A program made the translations under genes and the position numbers. From the NCBI GenBank assembly GCA_013265495.1, contig MU058289.1, forward strand, positions 744,001 through 808,000: DNA of 64,000 nt, given 5' to 3'. This stretch comes from Vicugna vicugna (Eukaryota). Within the stretch, counting starts at the first letter, position 1; each line of letters begins with the position of its first letter. Positions 33,275 to 46,400 of the stretch are shown piece after piece. The notes under the pieces were generated by a model that worked only from the letters and a program-made list of their open reading frames with translations, searched no databases and had not been told where the DNA came from.

Positions 33275-36200
33275 CTGTGACACGACAGGGGACAAGCAGC
33301 CCGGGGCTGGCTCCCTGCGTCCTGGGGTTCCTGCCCCCCGACAGCCCGCGGCCTGGGCCTCACCTGCTGCCTCAGGAGCTCGTTGTCCATCTGCAGCCGC
33401 TCGGCCTCCTTAAAGGTCTCCTGCATGCGCTGGTTGGTCTGGCGCAGCTCCCGGATGTAGTCGCAGGCCTTGGACAGGATCCCGCCTTTACTCTGCGGGG
33501 TGGGCACCCGTCAGCCGGCGCCGCCCGGCCTCAGCCCACCGGCTCAGCCCAGGACGGGCCGCCCGGGGCTCTGCGGGCCAGCCGCAGCCCCGAGGGCAGA
33601 GGGGCCAGAGGACACTCACCGCTCCCGTCTTGCTATTATCCGCATTACAATCTGGAATGATTTTTGAAAGCTGGACGATCCAGTTGTTGATCTTGTCTCT
33701 TCGCCTCCGCTCCACTGCGGGAATGACAGCAAGAACAAGGCTGTGCTCACAGGGCCTCCTCTGCACCGAGGCCATTTACCCCCAAGGCACATGCCAGGAG
33801 ACCCAAGGCCACCGAGGCCCAGCGCGGGCCCAGGCTCACCATGAGCCAGCACGGGGCCGGGATCTGAACCCAGGCAGCCTCCTGGGAGGAACAAAGAAAC
33901 TCTCGCCATAAAGGGCCACAGGCACCTGAAGGGCAGAACCAATGGCTGGGGGCTGTGGGGATCGTTGTTTCCCTGCCCCGTAGGTTTTAAAAAATTGGAG
34001 CCAACATTTAGAATTCCACATAACAATTGGCCCCTTCTGAGAAATGGAGGTGTGACTACGGTGGGCACATATTCTTGGGAGGCAAGAACAGGCCAGAGCC
34101 CCTGTACACAGGACCCAGCGCCCCTCTCCAGTCCCCATGGCCCCTGCGTCTGATTCTCCACAATCCTCGGGTCTCCCCGGTGTTCTGGGGCCCATGATCC
34201 TGTCTTCCTCTTCACCCTGAAAATGACAGTCTGAACACGCCTCACATCTACTCAAAATCCTTCTCCAGGGCCCCAGCAGCAATCTCAGCAACCCAGGCTG
34301 GCCCTGGATCACCCAGGAACATGAACCCTATCCTGAAGGCCAGGTTTGCAAACTAGTGGTAGGTTTTACTTAAACAGTCCCGATTTGTGGTTTTATTTCA
34401 TAAAATGCCACCATCTCACTATGTCTGCTGAGTCAAGTGGCAGCTGCCCCCTTCAGACAGGGCTCATGTGTCTTCACTCTGGCTCCTTACCAGGCCCACG
34501 TCACGACCTGTGACAGCAGCCTGCCGTCTGCCCACATTGCAGGCCAAGACCCCTGTTTGGCTCCCTGAGCAAAGCCCTTCCTTACCCACTCTGCCCAGCA
34601 ACAGGTCCTGCTGAGGACACACAAGTCCCCACCCCACCAATCCCCAACTCCCCTGCCAGGACGGCCCACGAACAAATGAAGGCAGTGTTTGTGGAGGAGG
34701 GGGGACGGGGCTGATAAGTGGGATCTGGAAAGAAGAGCGAGAGGGCATTTTCTTGGGGTTGGGTGAGGGTCTAGCAGAGGAAGACAAAGGTGGGGTGGGC
34801 CAGAAGCACGTCCCTTACTCCTCATCTCTTCTGAGGCCAGCACTGCCACACAACCCAGCTGTTCCCTCAAAGAACGTGCCTGGCCTCTCACAGGCAAATC
34901 CAACTGTCTTGTCCTCTCCTGCTGCTCGGTCCTGTCCATTCGGTGCTGGCCAGTCCTTCCCCACCTCCAAGTGTCACTCACTTTGGCCTAGGTGACAATA
35001 CTCTCCCACACAGACCCTCCTTCTCCCTCTCTTTTTTCCACCGAAACCTCCCCCAGACCACGGTCAGAACGGTGCCCAGGCTGGAGCTTCACCTGATCCT
35101 GGCCCTAGGGTCAGCCAGTGCACAGGACCTGGGCCCCATTATTTGTGCTGAGTGAACCTTCCTGGCGGGGACAGCCACGCCCTACAGTCTCCGGGAACTC
35201 CGTGGCCCAAAGCAGCAGCAGAGCTGAGTCTAGCCGGGGCCTGGCAGCACTGCCACCACGTAGCCGGCAGCATGTTTGGGTCTAAGGTTCCAACCGAGGA
35301 TCTCGACGGGCAGATGGTGCCTCAGCCTGTCTCTACCTTTATGCAGTCCGGCATCCCGGGCCCAGGCACCAGGCTGCAGCTCTACCCCACGCACTCACTT
35401 CAGGCCACCGGGGCGGGGTTGGGGGGGAGGCGTGGCACATCTTCCTCAGTTCCCATTTACTTCTTTAAAATGGACTGCCCACCCTGCTGTGCGCAGGGCA
35501 CTCCACGAGGCCGGAGTCCACGGTGGACTCAACCTCTGTCCTGCTGGCACTCACAGCACCACCAGGAAATGCACGTGAACAGGAGACACTGACACCACAG
35601 GATTACGTGTTATAACCAAAGGCTGTACTGAGTGCCTGGGCAATGCCAGGGTGGAGCAACGCCAAGAGTGAGAGTGAGAGTGGTGGGGTGTTTCTGCAAA
35701 GAAAGGCTTAGAAAGGAGACATTTGGGCTGGTTTCTGAGAGGAGGGACATAAGGTAGACAGGTGTCAAAAAGCCGAGAAATGGGGGGTAAGGGTATAGCT
35801 CAGTGGAGGTCCTGGGTTCAATCCCCAAGGCCTCCATTAAAAACAAACAAACAAAAAACAAAACCAGAAACAGTGACACGGGAATACTTTGGTCAGTGGG
35901 GGAGTGGGGCAGGGTGGCAGGAAAAGATTGTAAAAACCAGTTGTGAAGGACCTGAATGTCCCACCAGCAGGTCTGGACCTCATCTTCTCTTCCCCAGGGG
36001 TCTAGGCCCTCGAGTCTAGGGCCTTTTCATCCCTCTGTGGTGATGCAGTCAGGCCTGCAGCTTGGGCAGACTACTCTGGCACAATTGAAATGGAGGAGGA
36101 TCAGTTAAAACCCAGGCCATGTCAGTTCCACAGAGTGCTTCAGTCATATTCACAGAATATTCAAAACATAACTTAGAAGGAAAATCTGCAGACTGATGGG

Positions 36201-39200
36201 AGAAACAGACAGATTCACAAACAGAGCTGGAAACATCAACTCCCCTTCTCAGTAATGGGCAGGACAAGGAGACAAAAAAATCAGGATTGAAACCTGAACA
36301 CTGTCAAGCAATTTGACCTAGTTATCGCTGAGGGAACACTCCACACACAAGAGCAGATATCCACGCTTCTCAAGTGCACACAAAAACTTTTACTAAAATA
36401 GACCACGTCTGAGGCCATAAAATAAGTCTCGATAAATTTCAAAGAACTGAAATTATATCCATAGGGTATGTTCTCCAATCACAACGAAACGAGATTAAAG
36501 TCATTAACAAAAAGACACTCAAAAATCCAGAAGTATTTATAAATTAAACACACTCCTAAATAACCCAAGTCAAAGAAGAAATTAGGAGAAAAGCTAGATG
36601 TTTTGAACTGAATGATAATGAAACACAACATATATTCAGACGGGACGTAGCTAAAGCCGTGTTAGATTGCAATCTGCAACAATAAAGGGATGTACTGAGA
36701 AAAGAGAAAAGCTTGAAGTAATCCTTAAAAGTGGGCGGGGGAACCCCAGCAAATTTAACTCAAATTAAATAGGAGTAAATGAGTAAGAGTGAAAACCAAT
36801 TAAATAGAAAAAGTAATTCAAAAATCAGATTTCTCATCAAGTTCTGGATCTCTGGCTTCTCAGAGGTTCTGGCAGCAGTGGCTGGTGCTGGGAGGCCGCC
36901 CGTCAGGTGGGACACACAGGCCCCAGTTCACCATGGGCCATCCACCCATTTCCGGCCACACCAAGTGTACTTAGTCCCTCAGGGCCCCACAGGACTTCGC
37001 AGCCCAGAGATGGGCTCCTGTGGTACCAAGAAATGTGGGAAAGAGGGAATACAGGAGAAAGAGCAGATCTGAGGTCCATTCCACCTCAGCACAGCCTCTC
37101 AGGACTTGCGGACGTGAGGGAAGAGGGCAGAGCTGGAGGTGGCCAGGCTCTCTGGACCGGCTGGGTAATCGTGACATGGGCAACTTCTGCTGCTCTGGAA
37201 GAACCAATGCTGCACAGGAGCCTCTGGGAGGACGGGGGACAGGTTCTGTTTTGGACAAGTTGGGTTCAGGGTGTTTCAAGGACATTCAGAAATGGAGATT
37301 CTGAAAGGGCACTTCAACATGCGGGCCCAGAGCTCCAGAGAGACGGCGCTCCACAGAGACAGCTCTGTGCGCTGTCAATATGCAGGGTGCGGGGGAGGCC
37401 CTGGGAGGACACTGAGGAGCAGGTGTCCTTCTTGGAGGGCCTTTTTGGAGTCACATACTTTTCTGGAGAAAGCTCGCAGACTCTCTCCTGGGAGAACTGA
37501 TGAACACTGACAACTGGGGACAGGGTCTTGGGGACAGTGACCAAACCTGGGCCTAATGTTTCACTCTCCCGAGGTCACTGGAAGGAGGTGCCGGGCCGTA
37601 AGAACCACCAACAGCCAAAGCAGTTTCTAAGCTCACCTGCTGTGAAGAGTCACCTGGGGAACTGGCTGAGACAGAGACTCCCAGGCTTCCCTCTGACCTG
37701 CCCATTCAGCGATTCGTGGGGACAGTCTGCAGATCATGATTGTTAACAAGTTTCCCAGAGTGACTGGGGACCCCTCCTCTGAGGAAGGAGAAGCAAGGAG
37801 CGTAGGAGAACCAGACAGGTAGAGCAGAAAGGAACATTCCCGAAAGGAGAGAACAGGCAGGGTCAGATGCCTGGAGCGCAGACAAGAAAGGAAGCCAGTG
37901 AATTTGGCAATGAGGTTGTCGCAGGTGACCTTAAATGGAGCCGTTTTGGTAGAGAAACCAGACTGCCCAGGGTACATGGGGGATGGGGGGGGGGGGGGTT
38001 GTCAAACACTCCGCAGGTTTGGAGAGGGGGCAGGCTGCACCTGGAGGGCAAGGGCAAGGTTATGACCAAGACTGACTTATAGCACGAGAAAGATTTAAGA
38101 CTGTTTGGAAGTGGATTAATCCTCTGAGAGGCCAAGAGTGAGAGTGGGGAGGAGGGTGGCCGGATGGTACCCCCAGAGCTGTTTGCTACAGTCTTACCAG
38201 GAGGCACACAGGAGGCGCTTTGAGACTGAGCTGGGGGGTTCAGTCTCAAAGCGCTGCACCCTTGCTATGAGCCTCTGGGGTAGCTGCGCTAACTCATTCT
38301 TACAGGAGACTATGAACAGGCAGAGAGAGTAAGAACCAGCCTAAGGTCACACAAGCAGTCAGCAGCAGAACCAAGACTGCCCGGGTAGCCGGTCGGAGGC
38401 CCCTCAAACCTGCCACACCCAAAACCAAGCTCCAACTCACCCCTTCCCTTTAAACAGACCTGACCCAGTCATGAAACACTGATTCAGAAAACCTTGATTG
38501 TTCAGCCTTAGAATCTTCTCCCTACCCGCCCCCAAGTCCTTTTCCCGTCCTGTCTGAGGTTCACGTCTGCAGTCACCGCCCATTTTCCTAGACTCTGGTA
38601 TCCCATCACCCTTACCACCCAGCCTCCATACACAAATTTTCTGCTGGCTTCCCTTCAAACTAGAATAAAGATCCCAGAGGAGGGGTGACCTCAGGAAAGC
38701 CTCTGACAAGGCCCCATGTGGTCTGGCCCTGGCCAGTCCTCCCACAACCCCGCCAACTTCCTCTTTCCTTTCCTGAATTCTGCTTGTCTCCAAACACACC
38801 AACCAAGTGTGTGCCGGCTCAGGCCTGGGTGTTGACACTCGCTGCTCCCTCTACCTGGGACTCCTCCTCAGGAACGTGGTTGGCCCACTCAGGCCTCAAG
38901 TGTCACTTCTAGAAAAGCCTAGAGATCACACTGCTGCCATAACCCTGCACCTCCTTTCCTGGCCTTATGTTCCTTTAAGTGATTTATGACTTTCACTACC
39001 TGATGTTACTTTGTAGCTTTGTGTAGTTTCTGTCTCTCCCACTGGAGTGAACGTCCTGGGAGGGCCAAGCTGTCATCTGTTCTGTTATCTGCTGTATCCG
39101 AGGCCTACCACAGGGGCTGGCACATAGTATGTAACGTATCTGCTGGGTGAACGCTTAAGTTCACCGAGCAGCTGAACACAGCTGCGTGAGCCCAGCCCCA

Positions 39201-42200
39201 ATCAAACATCTTCTGGACTCTCAGGGCCTTGCCCTGACATTCAAGGCCCTCCTTGACCCTCCCAGCTCTCTCCTCCCAAGCATTTCACATGGAACCTCTG
39301 CCATAAGCAAACCAGCACCCCCAAAGCAGCCTCACTCCACCCTGCCTTCCTGCGCTTCCCTCTGCCAGACAGGCACTCCCAAAGGCCACCTCCCTGGAGA
39401 AATGTCACCTGACCCCAAGTCACTGTTCTGTCAGACACCAGCCTGAACTACTCTGAGCTTCGGTGACACTCCAGACCCGGCCCCAGACCTGACACAGGAC
39501 ATGTGCTGTCCAGCCTAGACTCCACCTTCAGGAAATATCTGCTGAGTGACATGTGTGGGTAGAAGTGTCCCCTGGACTGGTGAGTGGCTACGTCCACTGC
39601 AGTGGCTGCTGATGGGGTTGGGGATGGGGGCACCGTATGGAGAGCCAAAGTGACCTGAGGGTGGGATTTGGTAAACATCAACTGAGAAGGACAGGATGCT
39701 CCAGCCTCAGCCAGCGGCACAGCTTCCTGCAGTTTCGTCTTCCGCCGTGCCCGCTCTTAGAGCAGAGCCATTTTCGGAAGCCAGGCTGGCAGGGCAATGA
39801 AGGACTTGAGCAAAAGAGCTGTCACGTAGGAAGGCAGGTCCAGGAGAGTCAGATAAACCCAGCGTTTCAAGAGGAGCAGAAAAGCCATACGTGAATGTGA
39901 AGCTTGCCATTTAAAACACTGGTGGTTAACTCAAAGTCACTAGCCACGATGACAAACCACTGCAGCTGGTACCTCCTGCCTACCTGCTCCTGACAATGAA
40001 CTTCTCCTCCCTGTTTCCACCTTCCCAGCCTTCAACAAACACTCCTTGCAGCATACCCGCTGACCTATGACTTCCAGCACCGGGCACGGCCGTGCCTGTG
40101 AGGCCCAGGTGCTCCATCCTGACCTTACCTTCATTGTGCTGAGCTCTCCTCCTCTCATCCCGTGGCGTTCTCGTTCCATCGATTTTCCTAGAAAAGGATG
40201 GAAAAAATGGGCTCGAGTCATCTCAGGGCCGTTTGTCCCAATGTTTTTTAAGGAGTCAGACTTAGAAATTATCTATGCAAAATAAATCCACATGGAGAGA
40301 GAAAAAGGATATCTTATTTACTTAAACTAGGGAAGCAGAAACTGACCACAAAATACACCAACTGCCTGCTGTGTGCTCAACTGCCTAGCTCCCATTCCAG
40401 AAGACCTTCCCTTTCTGGGGCCCCCGCACCAGGCTCTCCCAGTGTCCCCTACTCCTGGGGCCAGGTCTCCTGTACATACGGGGAGTAGGGGTGCGTCCGG
40501 GGTGCAATTGTCCTCTGCGTTCCTGTCTGAAGCACGTCCTGGGGCGTCATCATGACATAGAACTGGCCTGCAGGGAAAGCGGGGGTTAGTGCTACAAATG
40601 GGGACAGAGTCAGAACTGGCTGGGGGCTTCCCTCCCTGCTAGGCCTGTTGCCTCCCCTGCCTTCCGCCCTGGCCCCTTCCTTCCTTTACCTCCGGCCTGC
40701 AAGCTCTGGTCTGTGGTCTGTACGGACACAGCCGTGGTATCTCCCACACTGGACGCTGGGAAATAGGCAAATCGTGCCTCCCCACTGACAGCCTCAGCTG
40801 CCGGGCTGCCACCATTGCTGAAGGGATTTTGGATTACAGCCTAAGGGGTAGGAGGACACAGAGGCCACCCTTAGCCATCTTTGTTCCCCAACCCATCCTC
40901 TAGTTGCTGTGTTTGATGTTTATCATATTCTCTACAGAGGGTAGGGAACTCCTCTGTGTGTGCCACTCTTCCGTGTCTCACAGCCCTGATACTTGGCAGG
41001 TACTCAGCAATCACTTGGTGAACTGACCCACTTTTAACTCTAAAAGGCTTTCCTGTTACCATGATCCCCATTTTACAGAAAAAGAGAAAAAAATATGCTC
41101 CAAAAGTCTTGCCCAAAGTTTCACTGTGCAAAACAGGGATTTGACCAGAAGACCTGAAGGCAGCATCTGTGTCCCCCCCGCCCTACCCCTTGGGGCTCCC
41201 CCAAAACAGAGTCAGTGTCCCTTCTCCATCCCCCCAGGGGTTGCTGGAAACCTACCAGTGGGAAGGGCGCTGCGGGACCTGGGGGCACAGAGGCAGCAGC
41301 GGGGCCGGGGCGCTGGGTGGCGCCATCCACACCCACCTGGGTCACAGCCTGCTGCCCCCCCGCGAAGGCAGCCGTAGACACGACGCTGACGGCGCCTGCT
41401 GTGTCGCCCTGGCCGTCCAGCTGACCATCAGTCACCTGGACTACGCGGTATGTCACCTGCAGGGGGCGGCAGAGCAGCGAGACCCGCGCTGGGGTCCGGG
41501 CAGGGGCCAGGTCCGAGCCCCTCCCAGCCCGCCCGCTCAGCCCTGGGCTCAATCTTCCACTTCCCCGCCGGGGCCCGGGCCCGCAGCCTCACCTGTCCTC
41601 CATTATTCTCTGTGCGGAATTGGTACTGGATGTTGTGGTCACCGAACGCCGCCTGCTGGACGCTGGCGATGGCCACCGCCGTCTGCTCCTCCGCCCCAGG
41701 GCCGTCCCCGCCTGCGGTCGGAGGAGGGTAGGGGGGATGGTCAGAGGTGGCGCGGGCCGGGGCGCCCCCAGTGCCCACCTCGGGCGCAGGCCGCGGCCCC
41801 GGTGGACCCCGCGAGCACTCACCTTCCTGCAGCTCGACACCCTCCTCTGCCTCGGGTCCCTTATCGTGACTGCGGGGAGGACGGGAAGAAGAGGGGGTCA
41901 GGGCCAACCGCTCCTCCGCCCCCCTGCCCAGGTGCAGGACTCCCATGCCGCCCGGCCCAGTCTGGGGCTGGGGCTCCGCGGGGACCAGGGGCCAGGGGTA
42001 TTTCGCGCGGGTCCCCCCTCCCTCGCGGCCTCCATTTTGAGCTGGGCCCGGCGGCCGCTGGGGATCATGGCGGCCCGGCCGCTCGGCCAAAGGGCCGGGG
42101 CAGGGCGCGCGGGGGCACGGACCGGCCGGGCGTCCTTACCTGGAGGCTGCAGCAGCGGTGGCCGAGGCAGCGGGATCCAGACCCGGGTCCAGCATGTCCA

Positions 42201-42201
42201 T
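33185..42201 (-). CDS. USF2: Upstream stimulatory factor 2 (bHLH-ZIP), 346 aa; complement(join(33185..33274,33364..33492,33620..33714,40129..40187,40480..40567,40690..40840,41256..41456,41593..41711,41823..41869,42140..42201))
   Basis: MDMLDPGLDPAASAT start; basic region RRAQHNEVERRRRDKINNWIVQLSK; zipper; all GT-AG; 1041 nt. Confidence 0.98.
33364..33492 (-). CDS. USF2: USF2 exon 9
   Basis: SKGGILSKACDYIRELRQ...ELLRQQ. Confidence 0.97.
33620..33714 (-). CDS. USF2: USF2 exon 8
   Basis: ERRRRDKINNWIVQLSKIIPDCNADNSKTGA. Confidence 0.97.
35782..35860 (+). mobile_element. tRNA-derived SINE (vic-1-like) with internal deletion
   Basis: gggtatagctcagtgg joined directly to aggtcctgggttcaatcccc, then a (caaa)n tail. 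Confidence 0.75.
36165..36830 (+). mobile_element. Old LINE-1 ORF2 (endonuclease-region) fragment in USF2 intron 7
   Basis: A-rich block with 'ttctcaagtgcaca', 'aaaatagaccac', 'gtatgttctccaatcacaac', 'aaataaccc'. Confidence 0.7.
40129..40187 (-). CDS. USF2: USF2 exon 7
   Basis: KIDGTRTPRDERRRAQHNE. Confidence 0.96.
40480..40567 (-). CDS. USF2: USF2 exon 6 (USF-specific region)
   Basis: QFYVMMTPQDVLQTGTQRTIAPRTHPYS. Confidence 0.96.
40690..40840 (-). CDS. USF2: USF2 exon 5
   Basis: AVIQNPFSNGGSPAAEAVSGEARFAYFP... Confidence 0.95.
41256..41456 (-). CDS. USF2: USF2 exon 4 (symmetric, 201 nt)
   Basis: VTYRVVQVTDGQLDGQ...PAAPFPL. Confidence 0.95.
41593..41711 (-). CDS. USF2: USF2 exon 3
   Basis: GDGPGAEEQTAVAIASVQQAAFGDHNIQYQFRTENNGGQ. 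Confidence 0.95.
41823..41869 (-). CDS. USF2: USF2 exon 2
   Basis: HDKGPEAEEGVELQE. Confidence 0.94.
42140..42201 (-). CDS. USF2: USF2 exon 1 coding part
   Basis: cccATGGACATG... AG|gtaagg. Confidence 0.94.
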
Positions 42202-42219
42202 GGGGGGGTGGGGGCGGGG

Positions 42220-42397
42220 NNNNNNNNNNNNNNNNNNNNNNNNNNNNNNNNNNNNNNNNNNNNNNNNNNNNNNNNNNNNNNNNNNNNNNNNNNNNNNNNN
42301 NNNNNNNNNNNNNNNNNNNNNNNNNNNNNNNNNNNNNNNNNNNNNNNNNNNNNNNNNNNNNNNNNNNNNNNNNNNNNNNNNNNNNNNNNNNNNNNNN
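42220..42397. other. Assembly gap (178 N)
   Basis: Run of n. Confidence 1.
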
Positions 42398-43278
42398 CCG
42401 GAACGCAGCGAGGCCGCCCCCCGCCCGCTGCACGGGGCCCTTGGGCCTCCTTCCCTGAGCAGCCGCCGCCGCCGCCGCGACTTTTTTCCTAGACCCGGCC
42501 CGCCCTGGATGGCCGTCGCCTCTCCCCCGGATCGCCGGCTCGCGCGTCCGCCGCCCGGCCTGGCCCAGTCCGGCGGCGGATCGCTGCTGCAGCGGCCGCC
42601 GCTTTCTATTTTTTCCCCCTTTTTTTTCCTCCTTTACTTGAGCTGCGCGCGCGCGGCGGCGGCGGCGGCGCGAGCCCGGGGCCGACGCGCGCTAGGGGGG
42701 AGGGCAGCCCCCGGGGAGCGCGCGCGCTGTCTGTCTCGGATGGAGGGCGGGCGCGCGGGCCGGGTCTCAGCGGGGCGGGAGGTCGCCACTACCGCCTTCG
42801 CGGCCGCCCGGCATCCGCCGGCAGGCCGCCTGGGTGGAACGCGGGCCCAGATGGAACGCCAGGGGACCCAGAGGAGGGGCTCTCGTCGCCGAGGACGAGG
42901 CAGGCGGCGGGGTTTGGAGACAGAAAAGTAGGTCGTGGGGGAGGGGAGAATGGGGTGGAAGGGAAGAGGAGCGCGCACGCGCGCCCCCGGTGGTGGGGCT
43001 GAAATGTGCGATGGCGGGGCCGCGAAGCGCATGCGCACATCTGGGCGGGGCCGGGGCGCGCACGCAGGGTGGGGCGGGGCCAGCGTGGGGCACGTACTCC
43101 TGGCCTCGGAGACTGGGAGAAGGCAGAGCGGGTCCTTTACTCCTGGCTCTGGATGCAAGTCCCATGAGAGAACTGGACATGCGGCCTTTGCAGACACACA
43201 CACAGCAGCTTTTGGGCTCCCCACCTCGCGCAGTAAAACAAACGATTCCCTCCGGACTTAGGACTTGTGATCATAAGT

Positions 43279-43284
43279 TTTATT
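43279..43284 (-). terminator. LSR: LSR polyadenylation signal AATAAA
   Basis: tttatt about 82 nt after the stop. Confidence 0.8.
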
Positions 43285-43365
43285 AGTCTTAGGAGGGGAA
43301 GATCATCAGTAGTCCTCAAATTAAAAAAAAAAAAAAGTACAAAAGCTACCTACAAAACGTTGAGA

Positions 43366-43401
43366 TCAGACGACTAAACTTTCCCGACTCAGGGCCAAGT
43401 T
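43366..43401 (-). CDS. LSR: LSR exon 10
   Basis: [11 protein letters not shown]. Confidence 0.95.
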   Translation of the reverse strand, partial: NLALSRESLVV

Positions 43402-46400
43402 CTGCAAGGGAGAAAGAAAGAAACAAGGGTGTGAGCTGAGGAAGACTGGAGAAGAGGGTCCAGAAAGGTTCTTAGAGCCAGGGAGGGCTATTCACTTACC
43501 TTCTTAAGCCTGCGCTCCCGTGAGGCCTGGGAATCAGTCTCAGAGTAAGGGGGAGGCGCTGGAGGGTAGTAGGCCTCCTCCTCTTCCTCCCTGTAAGGCC
43601 TCCTTTCTGCTGGCTTCTTTTTCCTCAAGGCCTCTTCTAGTAACCGCCCATCATATTCGGGGTCCCCAGACCTAGAGCCATCATCCCGGGGGTCCTTGGA
43701 GCGAGGGTAGCGGGCTCTAGAGTCAGCATGAGGGCGGTCTCTAGACCTGAAGTCATCGTAGCAGGGATCCCGGGAGTGTGGAAAGTGCCTTGAGTCGTCT
43801 TGGTTGTAGAGGTCATCACGGCTGCGGCTTCGGGGGGGTGAATAAGCCCTCCTCCCACTACTTGGGGGAGACCTCCTCCCTGATTCAGCAGAGGTGGGCC
43901 GGGTGAGGTCATCCAGAGCATCCACAGAATGAGCCCGGGGCCGCCCGGACCTCCAGCCACTCCCTGGCCGCTCCCTGGGAGACTCTTGCTCCCACCTTCT
44001 GGAACTCCGGGGTGAGTGGTGACCCCATTCCTCATCCCGGATTGGGGTGAGGGCAGGGCCCCGGTAAGGCCGGGCTCTCCAGTCGTCCTCGTGGAGAGAG
44101 GTGACTTCACTCATGGCTGGAGGGAAGGAAGGTGTCACTTACTGGTGGGAGGAGATCAGGACCTAATGGCAGGAGCCCTGGGGTCCAGTGGTGTCACCCC
44201 TTGGCTCATACACTCTCTAGGGGGCCCTAGGCTTCTCATCTATTGAGTGATGATGTGCAGGGTCCTGTGCACTTCATTGGAATGATGGTAGAGAATGAGG
44301 AATTGTGTCTAGGATTTGGAGCAAGCATCCCAAGGGCAGGTATCAGGAAGACATGCTTCCCCCAACCCCCTCAAGAATCCCTCAGATCCCAAGGCACCTG
44401 CTCACCTCGCTCTACACGGCCATTGGGGGGACCAGGTCGAGAAGGGTCAAAGTTGGCCAGCTCCTTCTCCATGTAGTACAGGACCCGCATGGAGTCGTCC
44501 TGCTGGTTGGCCTGAATCCTATAGCCACTACGGATTTCTAGGGACAAGAGATGGAGGTGATCAGTTTGGGAGAATGGACACTGACCCAGCCCCCTCCTCT
44601 ACAGGCATGTCCAACCTCATAACGATTGGTTCTCACCAGAGGTCACATTGCTGTCTGTGTCACGAAGCAGGGGTACCTGGGAGCTGTGGCCGCCAACTGG
44701 GGGAGATTGGCTGTCAGTAACTGCCCATCTGGAGCAAAATCCTGAATTCCCAGCCCCCTCTCCCCTGCCCCTAATCCCTCTTCCAGCCCCAGACCCCTTA
44801 ATGGCCAAATGCCCAGCCTACCCCCTGCCCTGGTTGCTCCTGGCTCCCCCAGGCCTCACCTGAGCTATTCCTGTCGAAGTCTCCAGAGTACCCGTTGTAG
44901 AGAGGGCCCATGGGAATCATGGCTGGTGGGGGCGGGGTCTTGGCAGGGGAGAGGTGGGCATAGGTGCTGGGGGCGTAGATGCTCGGGACGCCAGAGGTGG
45001 CTGCTTTGCCAGCAGCATACACTGGGGAGGACACAAAGCATGAGAAGGCCCAGGAGCCACAATGCCCTTCACTGATAGAGGAGGGTGTGGAGGGACATGT
45101 GCCTTCTCCCTACTCTTCCCCCCAAGGCCTCCGCCCCACCAGCTGAGCAGCTTCCCTAGGTGCTTGGATGGTTTCTGCAGGGTCCCTGAGGCAAGGGGAA
45201 ATCGGCTTCACTGAGTCCACACCTGTGTCATTCCTCACGGAAGTTTTAGGACGCGGGTGTACACTGGCAGCCCGTAGCCCATCTGACAGGTCAGTATGGT
45301 TGGTTTGACTGTATAATGGTTTGCCAACATCTGACAAAGTTTTACATAAAATCCCAACTCTCCTGCCAACTTACCACGAAACGTGGCCACCCCAGGCCTG
45401 CATTCTTACAGAGCAACAGGGGCAGGGATGCCCACGTGTTGGACCCACACGCTAGAATCAAGCAGTCCCTTTGGCAGCTGAACCCCTGCTCTAGAAAAAT
45501 GGATCATCTGGAGCAGGGGGATCCCATGCCCGCTCCCCTCTCGTGCCTGCTGGGTGCCCCCCACGGGGTCTTCCAGACCCAGACATGATGGGAATCAGTC
45601 TGAAGCAGGAGCCTGGGAGCCTCAACGCTCACTTGCCTCAGCCAAGCAGCAAAGCATCTCCTCTAGTGTTTCCAACTTGGGGCCACGCCCACCCCGCCCA
45701 CCCCCCTCCACCGGTTCTAGGCTTGACAGCTCAAGGGCAAATCCTCCTCGCTGCCTCCCTCCCGGGCAAGAGGCTGGGTTCTGGTGCAGCCAAGTCTTGG
45801 GCCTGGGCAAGTCGCTTCCTTCCTGGGACTGGAAGGTGGAGTGGGGAGACGGGCTCAGAAAGCTCTTTTCGCCTCTGATTCAGTTGGGAAGCAGAAGGTT
45901 CAGAGTGCTCAGTTGATCTGCTGTTTTATAATGAGCTGTGGGAGTTGCTGCACCAGATCGGCCCAGCAGGGCTGTGGCTATGGCAGAAATAACAGGGCCT
46001 CCGGCAGGGAGTTAATAGGACCTCAGTTTGGGGTAACAGGGTCTCAGGATGGAGGAAACGGGGGCCTGGGACAGGCATTCACAGTCCTGGTCCCAGCCTT
46101 AATTAGTGGGGTAACTGCAAACCTGGTTGCAGCCCTTGGGGCTCCTACCCCACCCATGAAGTGGATTAACACCCGCTACCTGAGCAAGAAGCAAGAAGCT
46201 CTCAACTAATGGCGAGAGGGAGAGGGGAAGGTCAGCACGGGCCTCCAGAGAGCAGTGGGTTTCTCTTGTCAGGGCAGTGGTACTTAAATGGTGATGAGCA
46301 GGTTGCCCACCGCTGAGTTCAGTGACCTGCACGCACCGAGCTGTGGCCCCATGCTGGGCCCTTGCACACAATCTTCCTTTAACGCTCATGACACCCCCGC

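Larger units (their letters stand above)
41500..43110. promoter_or_regulatory. USF2: USF2 CpG-island promoter; NRF1 palindrome GCGCATGCGC (43027-36) and GC boxes
   Basis: Very high GC and CpG content; multiple GGGCGG. Confidence 0.8.

Noticed and set aside
41169..43286. Long ORFs on both strands around the USF2 5' end
   Set aside because: Stop-poor CpG island; some run through the N gap; low-complexity Arg/Pro/Gly translations.
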